Shown here in pieces: positions 9,765-21,612 of a stretch of 64,000 bases of DNA (its first letter is position 1; the number at the start of each line of letters is the position of its first letter). This stretch comes from Lamprobacter sp. (lineage in GTDB: Bacteria > Pseudomonadota > Gammaproteobacteria > Chromatiales > Chromatiaceae). A model generated the notes under the pieces. The model made no database searches and had not been told where the DNA came from. It worked only from the letters and a program-made list of their open reading frames with translations. The position numbers and the translations under genes were made by a program. Location: positions 2 to 64,001 of the forward strand of contig NZ_JAYESN010000016.1 in assembly GCF_034860625.1 (NCBI RefSeq), read 5' to 3'.

Positions 9765-9800
9765 AGGCTGGCGCAGGATGAAGCCCGGATGCTGTAGCCT
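9765..9800. repeat. Intergenic direct repeat, copy 2
   Basis: See copy 1; this copy is bounded by AGGCT...AGCCT. Confidence 0.8.
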
Positions 9801-10014
9801 TGAGATCCGCGGTCGTGGTCGTTTGACGGGTCAGCCCCTCCACCGGCCTGCGTCAATCGGCTAGACTGCCTGCATGAGCTGCGCCCACTGCATCCCCGGC
9901 ATGAATTGCTCGGCAAAGCCTTGATGGACGTGCTGATCGGGCTGCTGCAACAGCTTGCCAACCCCTTTGGCGTTGCCTCATCACAGCGTCGAGACGGCCC
10001 ATGAGGACATTGAA

Positions 10015-10272
10015 ATGCCGATGACTACAGTCACTTCGAGTGATTTTGCGCGTGATCTAACCGAGGCGAAGAGGGCGGCCAGTGCTGGCCCGGTGATCGT
10101 CACCGACGGGGGGCGACCGGCTTACGCGCTGCTGAAGATCGACGACTACTACAGACTGACTAGAGATGCGCCGAAAAGTCTCTTGGCGATCATGGAGGCA
10201 ATACCAGGCGGGGATATCGACTTTGATCCGCCAACACTCACCGGGAACGATCTAAAACCCGCGGACTTCTGA
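10015..10272 (+). CDS. Phd/YefM-family antitoxin
   Basis: MTTVTSSDFARDLTEAKRAASAGPVIVTDGGRPAYALL; GAGGA RBS; lies upstream of a PIN gene. Confidence 0.88.
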   Translation: MPMTTVTSSDFARDLTEAKRAASAGPVIVTDGGRPAYALLKIDDYYRLTRDAPKSLLAIMEAIPGGDIDFDPPTLTGNDLKPADF

Positions 10273-10281
10273 TGAGCGCGC

Positions 10282-10725
10282 ATGTTCTTACTCGATACCA
10301 ATGTCATTTCTGAGTTACGCAGCGGCAAACGACGGCCATCTGCAGCCGTTCGAGCCTGGGCAGACACCGTACCTGCACACCAGCTCTACTTATCTGCCGT
10401 GTCGGTGCTAGAACTGGAGATGGGAGTGCTGCGCATGGAGCGTAAGGACGCACTGCAGGGAGCCATTTTGCGCGCATGGGCCACAACGGTCATCCAACAA
10501 TTCCAGGATCAGGTGCTGCCCTTCACAGCACAAACGGCGCAGCTCTGTGCACCAATGCATGTGCCCGACGCACGCAGCTTCCGTGATTCAATGATCGCGG
10601 CAACAGCGATTCAGCACAGACTCATACTCGTCACCCGGAATGTGTCAGACTTTGAAGGGTTGGGTATCGCGCTACTGAATCCATGGGCACCACAACGGAG
10701 TCCGGCTCCAAAATCAATGGATTGA
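10282..10725 (+). CDS. vapC: VapC PIN-domain toxin
   Basis: MFLLDTNVISE, DSMIAATA, LVTRNVSDF. Confidence 0.92.
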   Translation: MFLLDTNVISELRSGKRRPSAAVRAWADTVPAHQLYLSAVSVLELEMGVLRMERKDALQGAILRAWATTVIQQFQDQVLPFTAQTAQLCAPMHVPDARSFRDSMIAATAIQHRLILVTRNVSDFEGLGIALLNPWAPQRSPAPKSMD

Positions 10726-10737
10726 CCGAGTGCTCAC

Positions 10738-13113
<2,376 letters not shown>

Positions 13114-13363
13114 CGATGTTCAGTGGCGGCTGCAAGCGTTGAGGGCGTTAGAGAGCCTGTTTAGCCTCCCGTAGTCCGGCGAAGGGGTCAATGTTTAGAT
13201 CGCATGCTGGGCTTTTGTTCAGAGGCTTGACGCTGCATGCTATAGGCTTACCTGGCGCGCGTCGGTCTCCCGAGCGAGCGACCTCTGGTGCTGAACTGAG
13301 CCTCTGGTTCGGAGCCGAGCGTGTGCTAATGGCGCATGATGCCTTTCGGCAGGAGAAGTTGTA

Positions 13364-14203
13364 ATGACCAACGCACAGCAAGCCTTCGCACAACTCGCCC
13401 GGCAACCGGATGACGGGATCGATCTCGCTGCTGCGGCACTGGCGGTGAGCGGCCTGTTTCAACAGGACTTAGCAGCCAATGAAACCCTCGCGGCCTTGGA
13501 TCGACTGGCCGCTGAAGCGGGTACGCGCCTGCTGCCACAAGCCGATGTGTTCGACAAGGTGAGGGCGCTAAATCAGTTTCTGTTCGAGGAGATTGGCTTC
13601 GCTGGCAATCAAGACGACTTCTACGACCCACGCAACAGCTTTCTGGATCAGGTGCTGAGCCGTCGGCTCGGTATTCCGATCACCCTTTCGGTGCTCTATA
13701 TCGAGATCGCTCGTCGCCTTGGCCTGCCAGCCTATGGGGTCGGCTTTCCTGGACATTTCCTGGTCCGCATCGGCCGCGGCGATACGGCCTTGATGCTGGA
13801 TGTCTATGCCGGCGGGGTCGCGCTGCCAGAAGCTGAGCTGGATCAGCGTCTAGCCGATCTCTATGGCCGAGGCACGCTGAGTATTCAAAGCCATCCGGCG
13901 CTGCTGCGCCCGGCGACCAAGCGCGAGATCCTGGTGCGGATGTTGCGTAATCTGACTGGCATCTATCGCGACCGCGGCGAGCGGGTTAATCGGCTTGCAG
14001 CGCTGACCGCCTCACTGACACTAGCGCCGAACCTGCCTGATGAACTGCGCGAACGCGGTCTTCTGTACCGTGATCTCGACTATACGCCGGCGGCGCTTGG
14101 CGATCTGCGCCGCTTCGTCGAGGTCTCCGATGATGCTGAACAGATTGCTGCCGTGACAAGGATCATCGATGAACTGGGCGGTCAACCGATGCGGCTGCAT
14201 TGA
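13364..14203 (+). CDS. SirB1/YchA-family transglutaminase-like TPR protein
   Basis: GFAGNQDDFYDPRNSFL, GIPITLS, GVGFPGHFL, RMLRNL. Confidence 0.88.
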   Translation: MTNAQQAFAQLARQPDDGIDLAAAALAVSGLFQQDLAANETLAALDRLAAEAGTRLLPQADVFDKVRALNQFLFEEIGFAGNQDDFYDPRNSFLDQVLSRRLGIPITLSVLYIEIARRLGLPAYGVGFPGHFLVRIGRGDTALMLDVYAGGVALPEAELDQRLADLYGRGTLSIQSHPALLRPATKREILVRMLRNLTGIYRDRGERVNRLAALTASLTLAPNLPDELRERGLLYRDLDYTPAALGDLRRFVEVSDDAEQIAAVTRIIDELGGQPMRLH

Positions 14204-14245
14204 GGTGATGGCCCTCGCTCTCTAACTTATTAAGGAGAACCTTTA

Positions 14246-14458
14246 GTGAAACTGCTCGTGTTGTTGCCTGTCATCGTTGTCTTGGTCATCCTCGCCATCG
14301 GCGCCATGTCCTTTTTCAAAGGTCAAACCACCGCGGTGAACCTTTACCATATCTGTGGCAAAAAGGTAGGTTGGTATGAGGCGATGTTCCTTGATCCCAT
14401 CCGAGATAAGTCAGGCTGTGAAAAGTATGGGCCAGTGCCTTGCTCAAATAATCCTTGA
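14246..14458 (+). CDS. Small hypothetical membrane-anchored/secreted protein, 70 aa, 3 Cys
   Basis: Strong AAGGAG RBS and a hydrophobic N-terminal helix. Confidence 0.6.
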   Translation: MKLLVLLPVIVVLVILAIGAMSFFKGQTTAVNLYHICGKKVGWYEAMFLDPIRDKSGCEKYGPVPCSNNP

Positions 14459-14475
14459 GTTTGAGCACAATGTAC

Positions 14476-15447
14476 TCAGGGTGCGGCTTGACGCAGGGCT
14501 CCAGCCCTTAAATCCATCACCCGAATATTCTCCTCAAGAGTGAAGACCAAGTTTGGCTTGATGACGGTGTCTCTCACGATCTGCATCACCGGTCGCCCGT
14601 ATGTGTCGTAAACAAGCATCCCATTGTCAATGACTTGTTTCTCTTCGAGATAGAGGTATTCCAGGCTCAGGCGGATGTTGAGCTGGTGATCTGCTTCCGG
14701 CAATCTCCTCGGTTTGATGATGGGAATCGATATCTGCACGCGATCATCCGGAGCCTCGATCGAGTAGCTGTCGAGGTTTTGGCCAAACAGGATGGCCCCG
14801 TCAAGGGCTAGCGCGCTGGTGATTCTGATCGGGTAAAGGATTCTCGGGTCATTGATCTCGACCAGCTCAAGCTCGAGATCAATGCGATCCTTATTGACCG
14901 CTAACGGGTTAGGATAGCGCGCGATGATATTGAAAACAATGTCATTCAGAGTCGTTTCACGAAATTCATAGATTTCAATCTGGTCTTCTTTGCTATAACC
15001 CGGCTCGCAGGTTCTAAATTCGGTGCATTGCATTTTAATATATTCGGTCTTGACCGTCTCGCCATTCTCCGCCTGATAAGAGATATGTTTTTCACACTCG
15101 CCGCAGTCTTCTGGGCAGGTGCATTCGTTTTCAATCGCTGCGCGTTCAGTTCCGCTTTCGGAGATGATATCTAAAAGCGGGTTAGGCGCAGGCGCTTCAT
15201 CTTCGGATGTGAGTGGTTCGCGGGAAGGCTGCAGGCTGGGTTTGACGAGGCTTTCGCAAATGCCATTGCCGCAGCAATGCTCAATCATGGTGGCTTTGCA
15301 GATTCCCGCATCGCAAACGCTTTCAAAGCAAGTGCCGGATGAAGGGCAGTCACTGTCTTGCTGGCATTGTGGTTGCCGGCCACATCCTGACATCAAGGTG
15401 AGCGTCAAGAGGGTCGACAACATTAGACGGTAAAGCCGCTTCAACAT
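14476..15447 (-). CDS. Hypothetical Cys-rich lipoprotein
   Basis: Signal peptide with lipobox LMSG-C; CQQDSDC, CCGNGICE and ENECTCPEDC motifs; beta-rich C-half. Confidence 0.75.
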   Translation of the reverse strand: MLKRLYRLMLSTLLTLTLMSGCGRQPQCQQDSDCPSSGTCFESVCDAGICKATMIEHCCGNGICESLVKPSLQPSREPLTSEDEAPAPNPLLDIISESGTERAAIENECTCPEDCGECEKHISYQAENGETVKTEYIKMQCTEFRTCEPGYSKEDQIEIYEFRETTLNDIVFNIIARYPNPLAVNKDRIDLELELVEINDPRILYPIRITSALALDGAILFGQNLDSYSIEAPDDRVQISIPIIKPRRLPEADHQLNIRLSLEYLYLEEKQVIDNGMLVYDTYGRPVMQIVRDTVIKPNLVFTLEENIRVMDLRAGALRQAAP

Positions 15448-15482
15448 GGATCACTCTCGTCTGATGAATCGAATCGTCCGAA

Positions 15483-15516
15483 CAAGACATTGCTGAATCC
15501 AAGACATTGCTGAATC
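15483..15516. repeat. 17-bp tandem repeat CAAGACATTGCTGAATC x2
   Basis: Perfect tandem copies at 15483-15499 and 15500-15516. Confidence 0.9.
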
Positions 15517-15520
15517 AAGG

Positions 15521-16873
15521 TCAGCGTCCTGGCCATTTGCCATCTCCAAGGCCATGGCTTGCCGGCTGAGTTTGCGCAGCAACTGCTTGCTTGAGAGGCG
15601 ATTGGAGCAGCTGGCGATAGCGGACGGTCTTCACCGCAGTCTCATCGGTCTGGATAATCTCAAGTGGATAGCCGTGCAGTTTGAGACTGGTGCCTGGCTC
15701 CGGAATAGTCTCGAGATAGTCGATGATAAGGCCATTGAGGGTCTTCGGCCCATGGGTTGGCAGCGACCAGCGCATGGCTCGATTGAGCTCGCGGATGGTG
15801 ATGGTACAGTCGATGAGCAGGCTGCCGTCGTCACCGCGATGGATATCCGGATAGGCATCGGCGGGGTCAGTGGTGAACTCGCCGACGATCTCTTCGAGCA
15901 GGTCGGCGAGGGTGACGAGACCCTGGAAATCACCATATTCGTCGACCACGAGTCCAACCCGCTGACGCGCACGCTGAAAATTCACCAGTTGCTGATACAG
16001 ATGGGTTCCCTCGGGAACAAAGTAGGGCTCGCGCGCAATCGAGCGTAGGTAGTCCTTATCCAGTTGACCTCGGCCAAAGCCATGCTCGAGTAATGCGTGC
16101 ATCGCGGTGCGCGAATGGATCAGGCCAACGAGGTTATCGAAGCTGCCGTCGAACAAGGGCAGCAGGGTGTAATTGGCGCGGCGGATCGCGGCAATGATCT
16201 CGTCTGCGGGATCTTGCAGATCAATGCCTTCGACCTCGTTGCGCGGGATCATGATCTCCTCGACCGTGGCATTCTCCAAGTCCAGGATCGCGATTAGCAT
16301 GTCGCGGCTCTGCGGTGGGATCATCGCACCGGCCTCATTGACCACGGTGCGCAGTTCTTCGCGGCTGAGGGCGTGGGCCTGGCTCGACTGCGGGCGCACG
16401 CCCATCAAGGCGAGTAGACCATTGGTGATCAGATTGACAGCGGCGACGACCGGATACAGCAGCTTCAGCAAGGGTGTATAGACAAAGGCCGCGGGGTAGG
16501 CAATGCGCTCCGGATGCAACGCGGCTAGGGTCTTTGGGGTCACCTCCGAGAAGATCAGGATAATCAACGTGAGCAGCCCAGCCGCGGCGGCGATGGCGCC
16601 TTCGCCACCGAGGCGCAGCGCGATGACGGTGGCGAGCGAGGAGGCCAGGATGTTGACGAAGTTGTTGCCCAGCAGGATCAGGCCGATCAGCCGATCGGGG
16701 CGTTCGAGCAGGCGCTGAGCAAGGATGGCGCCGCGCTTGCCGTGCTCAGCCTGATGTCGCAACCGGTAGCGGTTCAGCGTCATCAACGCCGTCTCGGAAC
16801 CAGAGAAGAATCCGGACAGCAGCAATAATGCCCCTAGCGATGCGAACAGGACAGACAGCGGGATTTCGTTCAC
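15521..16873 (-). CDS. corB: HlyC/CorC-family CNNM-CBS transporter (CorB/YfjD)
   Basis: FFSGSETAL, ILLGNNFVNI, FSEVTPKT, CBS pair, VVDEYGD, CorC domain. Confidence 0.88.
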   Translation of the reverse strand: MNEIPLSVLFASLGALLLLSGFFSGSETALMTLNRYRLRHQAEHGKRGAILAQRLLERPDRLIGLILLGNNFVNILASSLATVIALRLGGEGAIAAAAGLLTLIILIFSEVTPKTLAALHPERIAYPAAFVYTPLLKLLYPVVAAVNLITNGLLALMGVRPQSSQAHALSREELRTVVNEAGAMIPPQSRDMLIAILDLENATVEEIMIPRNEVEGIDLQDPADEIIAAIRRANYTLLPLFDGSFDNLVGLIHSRTAMHALLEHGFGRGQLDKDYLRSIAREPYFVPEGTHLYQQLVNFQRARQRVGLVVDEYGDFQGLVTLADLLEEIVGEFTTDPADAYPDIHRGDDGSLLIDCTITIRELNRAMRWSLPTHGPKTLNGLIIDYLETIPEPGTSLKLHGYPLEIIQTDETAVKTVRYRQLLQSPLKQAVAAQTQPASHGLGDGKWPGR

Positions 16874-16888
16874 GACGGCGGCGCGGAA

Positions 16889-17497
16889 TTACTCGCTGAA
16901 GGATTCGGTCCGGTAGCGAGCGACCTGGATCTGCTCAGACCAGTGTTCAGGGGCGAGTCCCGCTTTTTGTTTCAGATGCCGCAGAAAGGTCTCGCGGCTT
17001 GGAAGCTGTGCCCAGACCGAGGGCAAGAAGGTGCCGCGCCGCGCCCCCTCGCGGAGGATGAGCCCATCGAGACCGGGCTCGATGGCCGCAAGCAGCTCAG
17101 CCTCGTTGCTGAATGCGATTGGCTGTGGTGGAGTCAGCACGGAGATCTCGATCTTCAGATCGTCGAATTCTTGGGCCGACAGCGGTGCGAACCTTGGATC
17201 TAGGAAGGCCGCGGCATGCGCGTTCTCGGCGACGTCGCAGGCGAGGGCGGTGATAGCCTCCAGATGGCCAATACAGCCCCGTAATCGGCCTTGGCGTTCC
17301 AGCGTGACGAAGCTCGCCCGTTGCTCGCGTAGGCGGGAGGACTCCTGTTCGGCGACGATGGGCAAGGCACCGTCCTGATTGAGACCATGCCTAATGGATT
17401 GCCGCGCGATCTCAAGTAAGCGCTGCCGTGCGGGCGCATCCAGTGATGCTGCACTCATGGCTGGGGGAGGAAGATCAACCGAACGCATAGGCGCCAT
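16889..17497 (-). CDS. amrA: AmmeMemoRadiSam protein A (AMMECR1 domain)
   Basis: FVTL...LRGCIG, DPRF, EISVL, TFLPSVW, KAG. Confidence 0.92.
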   Translation of the reverse strand: MAPMRSVDLPPPAMSAASLDAPARQRLLEIARQSIRHGLNQDGALPIVAEQESSRLREQRASFVTLERQGRLRGCIGHLEAITALACDVAENAHAAAFLDPRFAPLSAQEFDDLKIEISVLTPPQPIAFSNEAELLAAIEPGLDGLILREGARRGTFLPSVWAQLPSRETFLRHLKQKAGLAPEHWSEQIQVARYRTESFSE

Positions 17498-18287
17498 AGC
17501 CTACCACGCGGTCGCGCGGTCCAGCGGTATCACCCGAGTTACGCAGATCAAGCAGCCGCGCTTTGCCTTGGTGTCGCTTGGCCAATTGCAGCAGGCCAGC
17601 GATGGCATGGCGGCCGCAAGCCTGCTCAGAGCCAATGCGCTCTGGCTGCAGGTTCAGGATGGACTCCGAGGTGCGCGCATCGAGTGCTTGCCCAGTGGCG
17701 TCATCCAGATAATGACTGAGATCAGAGCTGATCAAGATCAGGCTTTCGTCTTGCGCCCAGAAAGGCTCCAGAATCTCGGCGACCTGTTGGGCATCGATCT
17801 CGCCGACGAGCATCGGAACGATGCTGAAGTGCTCGAGCAAGACTTGGAGAAATGGAAGCTGTACCTCGATGCAGTGCTCGCCATTAAAGGCTTGATCATG
17901 ACGGCTGACTTGCGGGTAATCGGCGATCAGGCGCTCGACGACTTCCTCGTCGATCGGCACTTGACCCAACGGGGTTTCAAAGGCAGAGGCGCCAGAGATC
18001 GCGATCCCGCGCACCGGGATTCGGTGTGGCGGCCCCAGGATCAGTACCCGCTTGATCTGTGCCGCTTGCTCGGCGATGGCCGCGTAGGCGCTGCCAGCAA
18101 TAGCGCCCGAATAGACATAGCCGGCATGTGGCACGATGATCGCCTTGGCGCGTTGGAGCCGCTTGTCGCCGGCGCGTGCAACGCCCTCGGCGACAAAGCC
18201 TCGCACGTCGGCGCTCAGCTGTTGTGGATCAGCGGTGTAGAAGAGACCGGCGACGGCCGGCGCTTGTACCCTTCGCATCATTGTCAT
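17475..18287 (-). CDS. amrB: AmmeMemoRadiSam protein B (MEMO1 family)
   Basis: PAVAGLFY, PHAGYVYSG, EHCIEVQLPFL, SSDLSHY, ACG, VVGY. Start placed at ATG 18287 after a GAGG RBS. Confidence 0.92.
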   Translation of the reverse strand: MTMMRRVQAPAVAGLFYTADPQQLSADVRGFVAEGVARAGDKRLQRAKAIIVPHAGYVYSGAIAGSAYAAIAEQAAQIKRVLILGPPHRIPVRGIAISGASAFETPLGQVPIDEEVVERLIADYPQVSRHDQAFNGEHCIEVQLPFLQVLLEHFSIVPMLVGEIDAQQVAEILEPFWAQDESLILISSDLSHYLDDATGQALDARTSESILNLQPERIGSEQACGRHAIAGLLQLAKRHQGKARLLDLRNSGDTAGPRDRVVGYGAYAFG

Positions 18288-18522
18288 GTTACCTCGTGCA
18301 ACGAGACCATTACGCCATGCTGGGCCGGCCCAGGCTAACCTACAGGCGGTTTCCATAGAAGGCTTCCTGTTCAGGACGCGCGCTGCGATTTCGGCTACCT
18401 CCGACGATAGCGCCCTGACTAGCGCCCTGACGGCAGGGTAACCGGTGGCCGACATGCCGACTACAATTTTAGTCAAGAAAGCGTGAGGCTTCAGAGCAAA
18501 CGATGGAGCAAGAAACAGGCGC

Positions 18523-19665
18523 ATGATGTTCAAGTCGACAGCCAACACACAAGATTCACTAGGTCCACGAGGTCTACAACATCGTCAAGCCCGCGGCCAT
18601 CCCACGCCGTTCTCTCATCAGCTGGATGACGGGCGGATTCAATGCGATATCTGTCCGCGCGCCTGTGCGCTCCATGAGGGGCAGCGCGGACTCTGTTTCG
18701 TGCGTGGGCGCGAGGGCGATGAGATCCTGCTCTATGCCTATGGCCGCGCTAGCGGTTTCTGTATCGACCCAATCGAGAAGAAGCCGCTCAATCACTTCCT
18801 GCCGGGCACCTCGGTGCTCTCGTTCGGTACCGCCGGTTGCAACCTGACCTGCCGCTTCTGCCAGAACTGGGATATGAGCAAATCCCGCGAGATGGATCTG
18901 CTTGCCGCCGAGGCGACGCCGGAACAGATCGCGGATACTGCGCTCAAGCACGGCTGCCACAGCGTCGCCTACACCTACAATGATCCGGTCATCTTCCTCG
19001 AGTATGCCTGTGACACCGCTCATGCCTGCCGGGAGCGAGGCATTCGCAACGTCGCCGTCACCGCGGGTTATATCAGTCCCGGCGCACGCGAGACCTTCTT
19101 CGCCGAGATGGACGCCGTGAACGTCGATCTGAAGGGCTTCACGGATGACTTCTACAAGCGTCTCTGCAGCGCCCGACTCGGCCCGGTGTTGGAGACCCTG
19201 GAGTACCTGCGTCAGGAGACCGACGTCTGGCTCGAACTGACGACCTTGCTGATCCCGGGCGAGAACGACAGCGATGCCGAGCTGGCGCGGATGGCAGCCT
19301 GGGTGGTTGAGCATCTGGGGCCGGATGTGCCGATGCATTTCAGCGCCTTCCATCCCGCCTACAAGATGCTTGATGTGCCGCCGACGCCAGCGGCAACCCT
19401 GACCCGCGCGCGGCGAATCGCGCGCGAGCAGGGGGTGCAGCATGCCTATACCGGAAACGTGCATGACGGCGAGGGCAACAGTACCTGGTGCCACGCCTGT
19501 GGGCATCTGCTGATCGAGCGCGATTGGTACCGGCTTGGGCGCTGGGGCTTAACGGCTGAGGGGGCCTGTGAGCATTGCGGCACCCGCTGCGCCGGGGTGT
19601 TTGAGGCCGAGCAGGGTGATTTTAGTGCGCGCCGGGTGCCGCTGCGCCCGACGGCGTTGGCCTGA
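18523..19665 (+). CDS. amrS: AmmeMemoRadiSam radical SAM enzyme
   Basis: CDICPRAC, DPIEKKPLNHF, CNLTCRFCQNW (CX3CX2C), C-terminal CxxC pairs. Confidence 0.93.
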   Translation: MMFKSTANTQDSLGPRGLQHRQARGHPTPFSHQLDDGRIQCDICPRACALHEGQRGLCFVRGREGDEILLYAYGRASGFCIDPIEKKPLNHFLPGTSVLSFGTAGCNLTCRFCQNWDMSKSREMDLLAAEATPEQIADTALKHGCHSVAYTYNDPVIFLEYACDTAHACRERGIRNVAVTAGYISPGARETFFAEMDAVNVDLKGFTDDFYKRLCSARLGPVLETLEYLRQETDVWLELTTLLIPGENDSDAELARMAAWVVEHLGPDVPMHFSAFHPAYKMLDVPPTPAATLTRARRIAREQGVQHAYTGNVHDGEGNSTWCHACGHLLIERDWYRLGRWGLTAEGACEHCGTRCAGVFEAEQGDFSARRVPLRPTALA

Positions 19666-19746
19666 GGTCCCGTGCGAGTGGTATTGATGCCGGGTGACCG
19701 GCTAAGCTGAGTCTTGTGTAGCCAACAGCCTCAAGGGTGATCAGCC

Positions 19747-20448
19747 ATGTCTGGGCATGTCCGACCAATGATTCCTCAGCCGCCGGTCAAGACTCGGCTT
19801 GCTCATGTCGCGATTCCGGCCGAGCTGCTGGCTGATGCCGCCATCGAGGACCACCGCATTTTCCTTCAACAGGCCAACTGGGATGATTTCGAGCGCGTTC
19901 TGGCCATGCGTGGCGAAAGATCGGTGCCGAGAATCCTCTATGACCGAGGAGTCATTGAAATCATGAGCCCATCTTCGCATCATGAACGGCTGAAATCGCT
20001 CATCGGTTGCCTCGTCGAGGTCTATTGCCAGGAGCAGGATATCGAGTTCACCACCCTTGGCAGCTGGACGCTCAAGGAGGCGGCCAAGGAAGCCGGCCTG
20101 GAGCCTGACGAGTGCTACATCTTTGGAACCGACACCACGCTTGAACGGCCGCATCTCGCCATCGAGGTGATCTGGACCTCGGGCGGGATCGATAAGCTCG
20201 ATCTGTATCACCGGCTTGGTGTTGCTGAGGTTTGGATCTGGCGGCGCGCGCGATTGACGCCCTATATGTGGGGCGATGAGCAGTACCAGCCGGTGGCAAC
20301 CAGTGAGATCCTGCCCGGTCTCGACCTGAGGCTGCTTGAGCGTTTTCTCGATGGCGATGACACCACCTCGGCGGCGATACGTGCGTACCGAGCTGCGTTG
20401 AGTCAGGCATCTGCCGATCCTGCAAGCGACCTGCCGTCTCGCGGTTAA
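19747..20448 (+). CDS. Uma2-family endonuclease
   Basis: YDRGVIEIMSPS, EPDECY, PHLAIEV, YHRLGVAEVW. Confidence 0.88.
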   Translation: MSGHVRPMIPQPPVKTRLAHVAIPAELLADAAIEDHRIFLQQANWDDFERVLAMRGERSVPRILYDRGVIEIMSPSSHHERLKSLIGCLVEVYCQEQDIEFTTLGSWTLKEAAKEAGLEPDECYIFGTDTTLERPHLAIEVIWTSGGIDKLDLYHRLGVAEVWIWRRARLTPYMWGDEQYQPVATSEILPGLDLRLLERFLDGDDTTSAAIRAYRAALSQASADPASDLPSRG

Positions 20449-20527
20449 TCGTCGTCGGCTGCAGCTCCAGCCAGCCTCAACCAGGGGCGGTTCAGACCGC
20501 ACCCATTGCCCGCTTTCTCGAAACCAC

Positions 20528-20555
20528 TTGCGCAGACAGCAGCGAGGTTCATAAT
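20528..20555 (+). promoter_or_regulatory. Candidate sigma70 promoter of rdgC
   Basis: TTGCGC-N16-CATAAT upstream of a GGAG RBS. Confidence 0.4.
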
Positions 20556-20581
20556 GCCGGGCTTTTTGCGGAGACTCGGCC

Positions 20582-21598
20582 ATGTTCAAGAACGCCAAGG
20601 TGTATCGGCTTCAGGTGCCATTCGAGCTCGATCAGATGGGCCTACATGCGCAGTTGGGCGAGCGCCGTTTCCGCCCCTGTGGTCCGGTCGAGACCGCCAC
20701 CATGGGCTGGACCGCGCCGCTGGGGCCGAAGGCCGAGATGCTGGTGCATACGGTCGGCAAGGTGCATCTGGTCGCGATGCGCCGGCAAGAGCGGCTGCTG
20801 CCAGGCTCAGTAGTGACCGAGGCGGTGGCCGAGCGCATCGCCGAGATCGAGCAGGCCGAGATGCGCGAGGTCGCCCGGCGCGAGCGCACCCAACTGCGCG
20901 AGGAATTACTCGCCGAAATGTTGCCCAAGGCCTTCACCCGCTCGCGGGTGGTGCGCGCCTATATCGACGCTGCTGAGGGCTGGGTGGTCATCGACGCCGG
21001 CAGCGACAAGGCGGCTGAAGAGCTGCTGGCGTTGCTTCGCGAGAGCTTGGGCAGCTTCCCAGTCAAGCCGCTGGAGCCGCAGGTCATCGCTGCTGAGCGC
21101 CTGAGCAACTGGATACGCTCCGGCAAGGCCGCCGACGGCATCGAGCTCGAGGATTCTTGCGTGCTGCAGGACGCCGAGGATGCGCGCTCGACGGTGCGCT
21201 GCCGGGGTCAGGATCTGAGCGCGCCGGAGATCCGCAACCATCTGGAGACCGGCAAGCGCGCGGTGAGCGTCGGTATCAACTGGAAGGAGCGGTTTTCGCT
21301 GTTGCTGGGCGAGGATCTCAGCCTCAAGCGCTTGCGCTTTGCCGATGAGGTGACGAATGAGCTCGACACCGGCGACGCCGATGATGAGGGCGCTCTGCTG
21401 GATGCGGAGCTTGCGCTGCTCTCGCTTGAATTGCGCGCCGTTCTGGCCTGCCTCTGTGAAGAGTTTGAGGTGTTGTCTGAGCCATCGGTCCCAGCGCCGC
21501 CCTCGGCGCTCGACATCCAGGCGCCGAGCCAGCCGAAGACGACGAGGGTATCGGCAGCGGAGGACGCGACCAGTACCGACACCCCGCCCTGGGCTTGA
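20582..21598 (+). CDS. rdgC: Recombination-associated protein RdgC
   Basis: MFKNAKVYRL, ERLLPGSVV, LPKAF, LLRESLGS. Confidence 0.93.
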   Translation: MFKNAKVYRLQVPFELDQMGLHAQLGERRFRPCGPVETATMGWTAPLGPKAEMLVHTVGKVHLVAMRRQERLLPGSVVTEAVAERIAEIEQAEMREVARRERTQLREELLAEMLPKAFTRSRVVRAYIDAAEGWVVIDAGSDKAAEELLALLRESLGSFPVKPLEPQVIAAERLSNWIRSGKAADGIELEDSCVLQDAEDARSTVRCRGQDLSAPEIRNHLETGKRAVSVGINWKERFSLLLGEDLSLKRLRFADEVTNELDTGDADDEGALLDAELALLSLELRAVLACLCEEFEVLSEPSVPAPPSALDIQAPSQPKTTRVSAAEDATSTDTPPWA

Positions 21599-21612
21599 GC
21601 TTCACACCTGCG

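Noticed and set aside
9870-10005. Protein-like stretch upstream of the Phd antitoxin
   Set aside because: No clear start, RBS or recognisable family; too short to support.
1-10725. Integron cassette array or prophage
   Set aside because: No integrase, no attC-like pattern between genes, mixed orientations and no phage structural genes.
13150-13170. AGAGCCTGTTTA (similar strings near 54123, 54162 and 58725) as IS ends
   Set aside because: Short, unpaired and without a transposase; cannot be distinguished from chance.
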